This document shows, piece by piece, positions 19,630 through 28,286 of a stretch of 42,710 nucleotides of DNA. The translations under genes were made by a program, and so were the position numbers. The DNA comes from a virus (lineage: Duplodnaviria > Heunggongvirae > Uroviricota > Caudoviricetes), in the IMG/VR virus record IMGVR_UViG_2667528074_000004, positions 1-42,710 of that record; one strand, 5' to 3'. Position 1 is the stretch's first letter. Every line of letters starts with the position of its first letter. Below the pieces are notes generated by a model that did not search any database, was not told the origin of the DNA, and saw only the letters and a list, made by a program, of their open reading frames with translations.

Positions 19630-21155
19630 TATGCGAGCCTCAAAAGGTCTTCAGATATACGTAACGGACCATTGCCATTTTTCATCTCATCGATGGCATC
19701 CATCATCGGATCAAGCTGGTCGTCGTGCGTATTGAAATCAGGATTAATGGCTTCCATCTCAACGAGGAAGTCGTTGATGAATGGTGCACTGCTGGGCAAC
19801 TTGATGTAACCGGACTCGATATAACCCTGTACGTCCATCAGTCGTGTGTACTTATCCTTATCGCGCTGAATTGCTTTGATGGGGCATATCGCTTTTTTAC
19901 GGATGTTCTGTATCAGGCCTGTGCCAGATGACTTGTCCTCTATCGCCATGTGGCGAAGCGGCCCATTCTTCAGAGTTTTGCACTTTTCCCAGAATGCAAC
20001 AGCACGGCGTTGTAATTCATCGGCCTCCCATTTACCGCGAATCATATCGATCAGATAGATGTACCCGTCAGTACCAAGCCCCCAGTGCTCGAATACTGAG
20101 AAGTCGTTGACCTCTTTTGTTTTCTGTGCGGTGTCTCCATAGACGGCACGCCATTGCATGGGAGGAAGTACCGAATATTCACCAAACCATTCAGACTTAA
20201 TAAGCCCCCCGCCTTTGGCGGTTGGTCGTTGCTGATAAAGAGCATTCCATACAAGGGAACCTCGCTGTTTGCATTTCTCTACGAACTCTCTCGGCATGCG
20301 CTCAGGGAACAGAATTTCACCGGGATTGCGCAGTCGATATACGTTACCGTTGAGCTCATGAATCTCTTCCTTTTCAGCTTCCATAGGGAAGCTAACTACG
20401 CGCCAGCGTTCCCCGCCCTCTTCAGCTAGTTTTAATAACTGTCCGGCGAGATCGTTTTGATGCCAGCGTGTCAGGATGATGACGATGCCGTTTATCTTCG
20501 GGTCAACACGAGTGAAGAATGTCGTGTCATACCAGTCCATCACCGCTTCCTGGTAAGTTGGAGACGATGCGGTTTTGTAATCTTTCGCGGGGTCATCAAT
20601 AACCCCAATGTTCATACCCTGCCCGGTGATGCCACCGTTAACACCAGCAGAACGATATGAGCCGCCGTGTAGTTCACCTTTGGCATCAACTGGTTCCCAT
20701 AGCTCGGTTTTGTTGATGCCTCCCGCCAAACTGCGTCCTGAGGGTATTTTCACGTCAGGGAAAACATCAGCGTACTTATCAGAGGTGATAATGCGTTTAA
20801 CGTCACGGCTCATTCGGTCTGACAGGTCAGAAGAATATGAGCACGAGATAATGTTCCATGATGGATGCTGTCCTAACACATACGCTGGGAAGCGGCGAGA
20901 GCACAACTCACTCTTTCCTGAGCGCGGAGGGGCAAACACCATTAGCCTGGGCATGTTTCCGGCTTTAACTTCATCCAGAAAGTGATCTAGCTCAGCACAA
21001 AGCAGCTCGTTAAACCAACCTGTTTCGTATTGCGGATTAGTGTACAAAGTGAAATCGAGAAGGTTTTTTCTTGCTGAGCGGATAGCCAGCTCTTTGTGCA
21101 ACTCATAAATCTGAGCGTTTCGATTCAAGCTGATTGGAGCGCCTGCCATTACCAA
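19629..21155 (-). CDS. terL: Terminase large subunit
   Basis: 508-aa ORF; contains Walker A-like segment [10 protein letters not shown] and a C-terminal nuclease-like region. Confidence 0.8.
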   Translation of the reverse strand: MVMAGAPISLNRNAQIYELHKELAIRSARKNLLDFTLYTNPQYETGWFNELLCAELDHFLDEVKAGNMPRLMVFAPPRSGKSELCSRRFPAYVLGQHPSWNIISCSYSSDLSDRMSRDVKRIITSDKYADVFPDVKIPSGRSLAGGINKTELWEPVDAKGELHGGSYRSAGVNGGITGQGMNIGVIDDPAKDYKTASSPTYQEAVMDWYDTTFFTRVDPKINGIVIILTRWHQNDLAGQLLKLAEEGGERWRVVSFPMEAEKEEIHELNGNVYRLRNPGEILFPERMPREFVEKCKQRGSLVWNALYQQRPTAKGGGLIKSEWFGEYSVLPPMQWRAVYGDTAQKTKEVNDFSVFEHWGLGTDGYIYLIDMIRGKWEADELQRRAVAFWEKCKTLKNGPLRHMAIEDKSSGTGLIQNIRKKAICPIKAIQRDKDKYTRLMDVQGYIESGYIKLPSSAPFINDFLVEMEAINPDFNTHDDQLDPMMDAIDEMKNGNGPLRISEDLLRLA

Positions 21156-21690
21156 GCTCCTTCAGTTTCTCTTCAAGTAACTCTTCTGACATATCGGCAT
21201 AACGAACAGGCCCACCATCAGCGCCAGTTATTTCTGTAGATGTTTGCTCTTTAAACGCCTGAACAGAAACATGCTTACCAAGAAGTTCGAGATTTTTGAC
21301 TTTATCAGGCCATTTAACTTTCTTCAGAAGTGCGGCGCTATCTGCGGATACCATCTCCACGACATCCATTCCTGATAGCGTTGTGCGCCATACCTTAGGC
21401 CAGTCTTTAATGGGCTTTAGCTCACCGTTTTGCAGGAGAATGTCGAGCACATCCATCTGGTCGATTTCAATAAGGCGATTAAGTACATATTCTGCATTAA
21501 TACCAACAAGATCATTGCGTTGCGCTTTCAGTTCGGCGATTCTTAACTTGATGTCAGGTTTTGACAGGTTTTCGGATGCGGTACGGTTGGCTGTTTTTGC
21601 GCTGTACCCCGCCCGAATAGCCGCTTGCGTGGCGTTTAAATCGATGAGGTACTCGCGACAGAACATCTCTTGCTTGTCTGTGAGTGCCAT
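21103..21690 (-). CDS. terS: Terminase small subunit
   Basis: 195-aa ORF, N-terminus MALTDKQEMFCREYLIDLNATQAAIRAGYS typical of P27-family small terminase. Confidence 0.65.
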   Translation of the reverse strand: MALTDKQEMFCREYLIDLNATQAAIRAGYSAKTANRTASENLSKPDIKLRIAELKAQRNDLVGINAEYVLNRLIEIDQMDVLDILLQNGELKPIKDWPKVWRTTLSGMDVVEMVSADSAALLKKVKWPDKVKNLELLGKHVSVQAFKEQTSTEITGADGGPVRYADMSEELLEEKLKELGNGRRSNQLESKRSDL

Positions 21691-21710
21691 TTTTTCTCAA
21701 AGGTGAATTT

Positions 21711-22142
21711 ATGAGCTCATTAACGTTTATCGGATTGTCACAGTTACTTTCTAGGAAAGGTGAGTTATTACAGCAAAATACGAATGATTTATTAGAACGT
21801 GTTAACACCGCATGGAATAACAAACGAGACCTTAATAAGCAAATTTCCATAGAGCTAAATGATGGAGAGCTTGAGGTTTCAATTCCACAGCTACGCTTTA
21901 AGTGTTTTACAGAAAGTAAGCTTTCACTTCACGAAGGCTCATTAATTGGGGTTATTACTTTTTACACATCGCGAGATGGAAAAAAACAGGAGTTTCATAA
22001 AATTTTTCTTGATTGGAACAATTGCATGCATTTTGGGGCGCTTGACTCAACAGCTCCAATAGACATCGACTATACCGAAGATGTTGAGTATCTCTTTATG
22101 AACGCTCTAATCGATTCTGCTTATCGAAATAATTTAATCTAA
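21711..22142 (+). CDS. Hypothetical protein; AT-rich opposite-strand moron
   Basis: ORF-track ORF 21684-22142; I prefer ATG 21711 (MSSLTFIG...) preceded by aaaggtga; base composition visibly AT-rich versus flanking phage genes. Confidence 0.5.
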   Translation: MSSLTFIGLSQLLSRKGELLQQNTNDLLERVNTAWNNKRDLNKQISIELNDGELEVSIPQLRFKCFTESKLSLHEGSLIGVITFYTSRDGKKQEFHKIFLDWNNCMHFGALDSTAPIDIDYTEDVEYLFMNALIDSAYRNNLI

Positions 22143-22364
22143 TTGATGTTGGTGGTGAACTTTTGCCACCCAGTTAATCACTCTTAGCAGGATATAAGCC
22201 ATTGTCGAGACCACTCATTGAATGGTCTCTGCAATAACCGATGTCTTTCCATCAGTCCGCCACCACAAAGAATCTTTTTTGCCATAAGGCAGGAGGTTCA
22301 TCTTTCAGTGGCTGCCAGTGTTATTTCCCCACTTACTGGCTTGGGTTGTTTCGCTGTACTGCCG

Positions 22365-22907
22365 TTAATTAGTGAGTCCGGGGATTACGGTTTGCCCGTG
22401 CTGTTCAAGGCGTTCAATTCTCGCCAGTAGCTGAGGCTTCTTAATTTTTCCCCAGCGATTTAGCAGGCGACCTGACATGCTGGCAACATCCTTCTCTTTC
22501 ATGTACTCCAGCATTACGGCATTTCTCTCTTCTTCAAATTGACGATGACCAACCTGAAGCATGGCGTACATCCAGTTAAATGCGTTGATGTAAGCAATTT
22601 TGATACGCATTGCTTCTTTTTTGGTGTAGGACATAACCAAAAGCATCAACCCATCCTTGCGGAGACGGTAGAATTTTTGCGGCTTACCATTCTGTAACTC
22701 ATTGTTTTTATAGCAAAGCTCAAAGTTGAGCTTTGTATCAAACTCAGGAGGGCAAGCTTCTATGGTTCGCTCAATGTCACGGACTACGTTCTTCGGAAGC
22801 TTTCCAAATGCTTTTGCCACCATAAAAGAATCTGTAACCGGATCGTTGTTTGCTACAAAAATTAGGTCTCTGAAATCTATATCGTTAACAACGGTTGGGT
22901 AGTTCAT
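22365..22907 (-). CDS. rha: Rha-family phage regulatory protein
   Basis: 180-aa ORF; N-terminal segment ...NDPVTDSFMVAKAFGKLPKNVVRDIERTI... resembles the Rha signature. Confidence 0.6.
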   Translation of the reverse strand: MNYPTVVNDIDFRDLIFVANNDPVTDSFMVAKAFGKLPKNVVRDIERTIEACPPEFDTKLNFELCYKNNELQNGKPQKFYRLRKDGLMLLVMSYTKKEAMRIKIAYINAFNWMYAMLQVGHRQFEEERNAVMLEYMKEKDVASMSGRLLNRWGKIKKPQLLARIERLEQHGQTVIPGLTN

Positions 22908-23055
22908 TGCGTCTTTACCTTTTAGAAAGATGAGCCTGTTCGCACAGAAAAGCCGTCCCCGAGATGGTCGCCACCATATACGGCAATTCTCAGGCTCAGC
23001 TTTCTGAAAGACTCGGGATTGTTACGCGCTGCGATGCGCGGTTTACTGCAGATGT

Positions 23056-23079
23056 AAAAAAGCCCCGCAAATGCGAGGC
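23056..23079 (-). terminator. Rho-independent terminator downstream of lysis cassette
   Basis: Minus strand: GCCTCGCATTTGCGGGGC hairpin followed by TTTTTT. Confidence 0.5.
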
Positions 23080-23253
23080 TAAATCCTGGTGTTTGTGATG
23101 ACTGGCTCTTATCTCAACGCAGCCCCTTACCGCGCGCCAGATGCTCAACTTCAAGCATCAGCAATGAGATGTTTAATCTGGATTCACTCCAGAAGTGATC
23201 ACCACCCTGTCTACAGAGCCAGATGTGAAGGATGATGAGTAAAATTATCGCTA

Positions 23254-23691
23254 TCATCGAAGGCATTGCGTCCTGATGTATTCCTGCAAGTAGTTAACCT
23301 GCGCGGTTATCCTGTCGATTCCACTTCGGAGACGGTAATAATTGAGTTCAGCATCTGCTGTAAGTCTTGGGCTTTCTCCATCGCCCATGCTGCTGGCTCC
23401 GGTCGTTGACTTTGCACAGGTGGCGGCGACTTGCAGGCGCTTACGCCCAGCAGAAACATCAGCACGGAGACTTTCGATAGTCGCGTTAGCATCAGCAAGT
23501 TCCTTTGTATATCTTGCGTCGAGTTCTGCTACATCACGTTGACGCTTCTGCATATCAGCGATGATGGATGTGGCTTTATCGCGCTGTTCTTTGTAGGTCA
23601 TGGCGTTATCACGGTAATGATTAACAGCCCATGACAGGCAGACGATGATGCAGATAACCAGAGCGGAGATAATCGCGGTTACTCTACTCAT
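23254..23691 (-). CDS. Rz: Rz i-spanin
   Basis: Start ATG at 23691 overlaps endolysin stop (ATGA); N-terminal TM helix [23 protein letters not shown] then coiled-coil. Confidence 0.8.
   Translation of the reverse strand: MSRVTAIISALVICIIVCLSWAVNHYRDNAMTYKEQRDKATSIIADMQKRQRDVAELDARYTKELADANATIESLRADVSAGRKRLQVAATCAKSTTGASSMGDGESPRLTADAELNYYRLRSGIDRITAQVNYLQEYIRTQCLR
23307..23498 (-). CDS. Rz1: Rz1 o-spanin lipoprotein, embedded in Rz in another frame
   Basis: 63-aa ORF wholly inside Rz; lipobox-like LLGVSAC followed by proline-rich [12 protein letters not shown]. Confidence 0.7.
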   Translation of the reverse strand: MLMLTRLSKVSVLMFLLGVSACKSPPPVQSQRPEPAAWAMEKAQDLQQMLNSIITVSEVESTG

Positions 23692-24185
23692 TGTTGCCCC
23701 CACAAACAGACTTCACGCTCAATCTCACGGCGAGTCATCAGCCCTTTCCATTGCTTACCGCCAGCGTATGTCCAGCGCCGTAGCTGATCACATGCGCCTT
23801 TGATATCGCCCTGGTTTATTTTGCGAAGAAGCGTCGATGTTCTGAAATTTCCAGCACCAACGTTGTAAACGAACGAGTAAAGAGCGCCGCGCGTTGTTTC
23901 CGGTATATCGACTTTGATGTACGGGTTAATTTGTCTGGCGACAGTGGCAAGGTCTTTATTCAGGAGGGCTTTGCATTCTGCTTCGGTATACGTTTTACCG
24001 AGCATAATGTCTTTTCCGGTATGCCCGTAACATACAGTCCATACACCAACGATATCTTTATATGGTATGTAGCTGACGCCTTCCAGACCATCGTTACCAC
24101 TTGGGCCAGTGATTAACACAGATGCTATAGCAATAGCCCCGCCACCAATAGCCGCAGCAACGGCTTTTCGTAATGATGGAGGCAT
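23688..24185 (-). CDS. R: SAR endolysin (phage-21 R21-type lysozyme)
   Basis: 165-aa ORF; N-terminal Gly/Ala-rich signal-anchor-release segment [20 protein letters not shown]; closely matches phage 21 R as recalled. Confidence 0.85.
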   Translation of the reverse strand: MPPSLRKAVAAAIGGGAIAIASVLITGPSGNDGLEGVSYIPYKDIVGVWTVCYGHTGKDIMLGKTYTEAECKALLNKDLATVARQINPYIKVDIPETTRGALYSFVYNVGAGNFRTSTLLRKINQGDIKGACDQLRRWTYAGGKQWKGLMTRREIEREVCLWGQQ

Positions 24186-24400
24186 TATTCACCTCTCGCA
24201 GCCTTTCTTCTGTCTTCTCTGATTTTGAAGTACAGATTTGTCAGATAGGTGAGAAAGCCCAACACAAGGCTTCCAAGCACCCCAATCGCAGCCCACTGTG
24301 ATGGACTGACCTGATCCAACCACTGCAAAAACCAGTATCCCGCACTACCAGCGGATGTTCCGTAGGCAATGCCAGTTGAGATTTTGTCCATTGATTTCAT
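24185..24400 (-). CDS. S: Pinholin S21 (dual-start holin/antiholin)
   Basis: 71-aa [74 protein letters not shown] matches phage 21 S21 as recalled; second start at MDK. Confidence 0.9.
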   Translation of the reverse strand: MKSMDKISTGIAYGTSAGSAGYWFLQWLDQVSPSQWAAIGVLGSLVLGFLTYLTNLYFKIREDRRKAARGE

Positions 24401-24518
24401 AGCAACGCCTCCGCCAGTAACGGATTGCGTAGTTCTTATATTGGGAAGGGAGAAAAAGAAGACCGCAGCATAACTATCACTGATGAATTCAGGACATCCA
24501 GTGGCTACGGCTCAGTTA

Positions 24519-24594
24519 TGGTGCTGGTTAACGGACTTGAACCGCTACCCATTCGCTTACAAGGCGACCGCTCTACCATTGGAGCTAAACCAGC
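24519..24594 (-). tRNA. tRNA with anticodon UGU (Thr-like)
   Basis: Hand-folded cloverleaf: acceptor GCUGGUU/AACCAGC, D-stem GCUC/GAGC, anticodon loop CUUGUAA, T-arm AGCGG-UUCAAGU-CCGUU, encoded CCA; one G-A mismatch at top of anticodon stem. Confidence 0.6.
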
Positions 24595-24599
24595 ATATT

Positions 24600-24674
24600 T
24601 GGCGGGACAGCGTGGACTCGAACCACGATAAGAAGGTTAACAGCCTTCCGTAATGACCTTTATACGACTGACCC
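24600..24674 (-). tRNA. tRNA with anticodon GUU (Asn-like)
   Basis: Hand-folded: T-arm CGUGG-UUCGAGU-CCACG, anticodon stem GAAGG/CCUUC, loop CUGUUAA, encoded CCA; acceptor stem has one U-U mismatch and D-stem one mismatch. Confidence 0.5.
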
Positions 24675-24765
24675 AAATAAAAAAAGCCACCGTTGCAACT
24701 TAAGAGTCACTAACGGCAGCTTATGCGAATAGTGTTGCTCATTTGCTCAATGATGTCAACACGTT
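24675..24765 (-). promoter_or_regulatory. Late promoter / Q-utilisation region (approximate)
   Basis: Intergenic between Q and the tRNAs; minus strand contains TTGACA (plus 24753-24758) and a palindrome GTTGCAAC followed by a T-run; exact -10 not identified. Confidence 0.3.
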
Positions 24766-25254
24766 CTATGCTATATGTTTAATTTTCTCTACACGTTTCC
24801 GGTTTTTAAACGCACTATCCAGAACCGGGTAAATCATAAACAACGAGGCATTGATGATTTCGTCAACTTCCCGTCGACAGGTTGCGAGCGATGGTTTTTG
24901 AATGCGCCCGCCGCCCCGGCATAACATCTTGCGAGGTCTTGCGACGCGATGATAGTAAGATGCAATGGCGTGCTTGGAAGAGCCGTGGGCGTAGTAGCTG
25001 AGGAGGATGCCAAAGGCTTTCTTGTCAATGTACATGACGGAATCGACGACCTGAGAAATCAACATTCCATCATCATCATTACACATTGGCCTTGTCATAA
25101 CTCTTCCCGGCTCTACGCTCTCCATGAACTTAGCTATTACGCTGCTCATGCGCTTTTCCAGACGACCTGAATAAACCCATGCGCCCCACAGTTCAAGCCA
25201 GCCATTCAGCCAATCGTGCTGTTCTTTGGTGAGGTTTAGCTCTCTTATGCTCAT
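24766..25254 (-). CDS. Q: Late-gene antiterminator Q (Q21-type)
   Basis: 162-aa ORF at the canonical position between nin genes and lysis cassette; size matches the short phage-21 Q class. Confidence 0.7.
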   Translation of the reverse strand: MSIRELNLTKEQHDWLNGWLELWGAWVYSGRLEKRMSSVIAKFMESVEPGRVMTRPMCNDDDGMLISQVVDSVMYIDKKAFGILLSYYAHGSSKHAIASYYHRVARPRKMLCRGGGRIQKPSLATCRREVDEIINASLFMIYPVLDSAFKNRKRVEKIKHIA

Positions 25255-25439
25255 CGTCTTCCCTTTTTGCCTGGCGTGACCATCAGGACGCCGTTAACTA
25301 TTACGTGACGCTCGCCTTTGCTGTCTCGGTTGTACTTGAGCACTGTTCCTCTTGCGCAGGAAAGCATCCTCGCCACTTCGGTCTGATTGCCTCGTGTCTG
25401 GATAAGAAGCTCTGGTATCGTTTGAATTGTGGCGTTCAT
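25251..25439 (-). CDS. ninH: NinH-like protein
   Basis: 62-aa ORF; motif GNQTEVARMLSCARGTVLKY resembles lambda NinH. Confidence 0.55.
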   Translation of the reverse strand: MNATIQTIPELLIQTRGNQTEVARMLSCARGTVLKYNRDSKGERHVIVNGVLMVTPGKKGRR

Positions 25440-25798
25440 ACGTTCTCCAGCTCGGTGATTTTTATTCCAAGCCTTCCGCCTGGTACTTTCACGCCACGAA
25501 TTACGCGAATGTCATCGAATTGCTCGTCGTCTTCCGCAAATCCGGCGTGGATAAGGGAGTCGAGTAAACCTTTCAGGATGTTGTCGAGGTCGCGGCGGCG
25601 GGAGTCTGGAACGTCTGCGATGACTTTGATGCGGAGTCGTGATTTGGTGAAAATGTCTAACTTAAGTTGGCGGATGATTTTCTGAACGTCTTTTCGGTAT
25701 TTCTGGCCTTTATCGCTGATGTAGTATTGGCTTCCCCGTCTTCGCCAGTAGGTGTTCACCGACGGCGGGTAAGGAAGCACAAACTGATATTCGTTCAT
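25436..25798 (-). CDS. rusA: Holliday-junction resolvase RusA
   Basis: 120-aa ORF MNEYQFVLPYPPSVNTYWRRRG... typical RusA N-terminus and size. Confidence 0.85.
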   Translation of the reverse strand: MNEYQFVLPYPPSVNTYWRRRGSQYYISDKGQKYRKDVQKIIRQLKLDIFTKSRLRIKVIADVPDSRRRDLDNILKGLLDSLIHAGFAEDDEQFDDIRVIRGVKVPGGRLGIKITELENV

Positions 25799-26085
25799 GG
25801 CTTAATCTTTCCCTCCTTCAGCAGTATCGCCTGCGTCCTGATCACTCCTTCGAGGTGGTAAAGTCTGGCGTCTTTGTTGTCGAGATTATGGGTGCGTCGG
25901 TCGATTTCATCGTGACACGCGCTACAAGCCCATGCGCCGATCAGGTCGTCAGGCTTCATTCCCGTTCCGCAAATTCCAGCCATCCGGTAATGTGCCAGAA
26001 CTGTAGTTTCAGGATTGCCATTGCATACACCGTAAATACGTACCTGGCATTCTCTGCCGCGTGCTTCTTTGCGTAGGTTAGCCAT
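25795..26085 (-). CDS. YbcO-like putative nuclease (DUF1364-type)
   Basis: 96-aa Cys/His-rich ORF immediately upstream of rusA, as ybcO is in DLP12. Confidence 0.5.
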   Translation of the reverse strand: MANLRKEARGRECQVRIYGVCNGNPETTVLAHYRMAGICGTGMKPDDLIGAWACSACHDEIDRRTHNLDNKDARLYHLEGVIRTQAILLKEGKIKP

Positions 26086-26290
26086 TTACCTTCCCTCGCA
26101 ATTGAAGAATTGACTGAAGGTCTTTTTTAATAAATATGCGAGTGCGAATTGAGCAGTAGTTTTCCTTCATTCTGGCGTAGTAATACTCCTTTCTTTGCTT
26201 AAGCTTGTTGGCATCCGCTGTCATCCAGTCTTTTACAGCAAACTTAATTAACCAGCGGTGGCAGAGATACCATTTCAGGTAATCACTCAT
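26078..26290 (-). CDS. Hypothetical nin-region protein
   Basis: 70-aa ORF, overlapping neighbours. Confidence 0.3.
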   Translation of the reverse strand: MSDYLKWYLCHRWLIKFAVKDWMTADANKLKQRKEYYYARMKENYCSIRTRIFIKKDLQSILQLRGKVNG

Positions 26291-26459
26291 CGTCTTCTTC
26301 CTCGTACATTGAGCTATTCGGATCGCTCATCAGTTCTGCGCAGCAATCGGAGCACACGTGAACTTCCAGCACATGCAGCTTCTGACCGCAGTTAGCGCAC
26401 GTTAAAGCCCGCTCGACGCTTTCTTTCTGGTATTGAATGGATTGGGATGGGCTAATCAT
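26283..26459 (-). CDS. ninF: NinF-like small zinc-ribbon protein
   Basis: 58-aa ORF not in the track (under 60 aa), translated by hand: [58 protein letters not shown]; resembles lambda NinF as recalled. Confidence 0.5.
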   Translation of the reverse strand: MISPSQSIQYQKESVERALTCANCGQKLHVLEVHVCSDCCAELMSDPNSSMYEEEDDE

Positions 26460-26824
26460 TATTGGATTCTCTGCATCATGAGAAAGACAATCATGGCGGC
26501 GCGGAGGGGATTTTCATGTATAGCTCGCTTAGATTTACAGTAGGCCACACCGCGTGCACCCCACTCGTCTTCATCGAGATTGATAATGCTAATCCTGTAT
26601 TTTTCAATAATCGGCCATGCGTCTGCTGGGTTTGCGCATGGGTTAAAGGATCCGCGCTCAACTTCTACTTCAACTGCGTCTCCGTTTACAATGTCTCCCT
26701 CAAATGAGACAAACACCATATCGCCATTCTCACCTTCTTTGTAATCCGGTGATCCGTTATGAATGGCTTCGAATACCGCCACGTTAATTTCAAAATCACT
26801 TAACTGTGAATAATCCATTGTCAT
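26459..26824 (-). CDS. Hypothetical nin-region protein
   Basis: ORF-track ORF 26459-26860 trimmed to ATG 26824, which overlaps the NinE stop (ATGA). Confidence 0.35.
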   Translation of the reverse strand: MTMDYSQLSDFEINVAVFEAIHNGSPDYKEGENGDMVFVSFEGDIVNGDAVEVEVERGSFNPCANPADAWPIIEKYRISIINLDEDEWGARGVAYCKSKRAIHENPLRAAMIVFLMMQRIQ

Positions 26825-26997
26825 TTCCTCGCACGATGTCTTAGCCACCGGATATCCCACAGGTGAGCCGTGTAATTGAAGGTTTTTACGTCAGATTCTT
26901 TTGGGATTGGCTTGCGTTTATTTCTGGAGCGTTTCGTTGGAAGGTATTTGCAGTTTTCGCAGATGATGTCGGTGAAACTTCGTCGCTGTCTCCTCAT
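26821..26997 (-). CDS. ninE: NinE-like protein
   Basis: Internal start [40 protein letters not shown]... resembles lambda NinE as recalled. Confidence 0.5.
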   Translation of the reverse strand: MRRQRRSFTDIICENCKYLPTKRSRNKRKPIPKESDVKTFNYTAHLWDIRWLRHRARK

Positions 26998-27404
26998 TCG
27001 TACCTCCTGTCGGTAAATCTGACACCCTGACCAATAGCCCATGCTGTTGTGTACTCAATCAGACTTGCCATACGCTTCACACTCATCTGCGCGCTGCTTT
27101 CGCGAATGTTGACGTATTCGCCTTCAAGCCCGGGCAAAACATCAGCTTCCTGCTTTGTTGCCACTGAATGACCGCTGATCAACAAAACCTTCCATTGTTC
27201 CGGTTTTAACCATTTATCGCGCCACTGAACTTGCCTAGCGATATCTGCGACCATCGCGTGAAATTTTGCGTTCTGGTCAAGGTTGCGCTTGTAGTCAGTA
27301 ATGCGGATGGTGACTGGCTTGTCTTTATCGAGTGGTGTTGCGAGGATGGCGTTGATTGCGGCTTGCTGTTGTTGCTTAGTTCGGAGGAAGATTGTTTGCT
27401 TCAT
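26994..27404 (-). CDS. ninB: NinB (Orf family recombination mediator)
   Basis: Start MKQTIFL...; motif [20 protein letters not shown] parallels lambda NinB SLDQNRKLWACLGDVSRQVEW. Confidence 0.7.
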   Translation of the reverse strand: MKQTIFLRTKQQQQAAINAILATPLDKDKPVTIRITDYKRNLDQNAKFHAMVADIARQVQWRDKWLKPEQWKVLLISGHSVATKQEADVLPGLEGEYVNIRESSAQMSVKRMASLIEYTTAWAIGQGVRFTDRRYE

Positions 27405-27406
27405 CG

Positions 27407-27595
27407 TTACTCCTTCACTTTGACTCCAGCGGCGCGAACTGCGGCCATCCAAGCCCTGTATCTCTTGTTTATTTCAACTCGTTTATACACAATCACGCCC
27501 AAAATATTCTTGCTTCGCATTTGTCGAATGAAGCAAGCGGAGACACCAAGTTCATCAGCGCACCAATCTTCAAATCTCTCTAAGTTATCGTCCAT
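27407..27595 (-). CDS. Hypothetical protein
   Basis: Small ORF with non-overlapping ATG at 27595. Confidence 0.3.
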   Translation of the reverse strand: MDDNLERFEDWCADELGVSACFIRQMRSKNILGVIVYKRVEINKRYRAWMAAVRAAGVKVKE

Positions 27596-27596
27596 A

Positions 27597-27818
27597 TCAA
27601 TCCCCGTTAATCGTTTCACTCACGAATCTGACAAAACCAGCCATGTTAATTTGCATTAGTTTTTTCAACACCTTGTCTCTTCGACTCCGTTTTGGTTTTG
27701 GCCTGTGGTTGAATCTTTCATAAACTGGAAGGCTTGATGATTTCCAGTACCTATTACGCCTTGCTCCATCTTCCGCCATATCAGCATGAATAAGGTCTGC
27801 GAGTGTGCTCATATTCAC
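27597..27818 (-). CDS. Hypothetical basic protein
   Basis: 73-aa ORF. Confidence 0.3.
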   Translation of the reverse strand: MNMSTLADLIHADMAEDGARRNRYWKSSSLPVYERFNHRPKPKRSRRDKVLKKLMQINMAGFVRFVSETINGD

Positions 27819-27826
27819 CTCTCTAG

Positions 27827-28009
27827 TTACATTGGTTTTGTAATGTTGCTAGTCATCTTGCGAATAAAAAGATGCGTACGTAGCTTTGCTTCCCACATGT
27901 AAATCTCCTCAAGGCGAGATAAATCTACGAATACCGGACCTTTGTAATCTGGTCTTGATGCCCTTATGTATGAGCTAATAGTTTGTGCATCTTGCTCGTC
28001 AAGATTCAT
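27827..28009 (-). CDS. Hypothetical protein
   Basis: 60-aa ORF. Confidence 0.25.
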   Translation of the reverse strand: MNLDEQDAQTISSYIRASRPDYKGPVFVDLSRLEEIYMWEAKLRTHLFIRKMTSNITKPM

Positions 28010-28205
28010 GACTTCCCTCTCTAACAGATTTCAGGTTATTCCACTCTGTTACCGCACTGCGATAATTCGCGGCCGCCACAGCGGCGTGGTTAGTGCAGTA
28101 GATTTGGCACCCGTTCTCCATGTCGAATATTGTCGGTGATTTTCCGCATTTACATTTTTTGGCACGCGGTGCGTCTGAACACATTCCGTTAACGGTGTCC
28201 ATCAT
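27999..28205 (-). CDS. Hypothetical Cys-rich (zinc-ribbon-like) protein
   Basis: 68-aa ORF with CKCGK...C..YCTNH cysteine pattern. Confidence 0.3.
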   Translation of the reverse strand: MMDTVNGMCSDAPRAKKCKCGKSPTIFDMENGCQIYCTNHAAVAAANYRSAVTEWNNLKSVREGSHES

Positions 28206-28286
28206 GATCCCCCTCGTTCTTAATCCAATAAAAAAGGGCTACTGTGTAAATAGCCCCTGTTATTATCTCAGTGATGTAGATGGTCA

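Noticed and set aside
24421-24518. Possible third tRNA upstream of the two called tRNAs
   Set aside because: Could not fold a cloverleaf with a T-arm by hand on either strand; needs tRNAscan-SE
24425-24631. 68-aa plus-strand ORF in the Q-S intergenic region
   Set aside because: It spans the two minus-strand tRNA genes; no SD; tRNA structure explains the sequence
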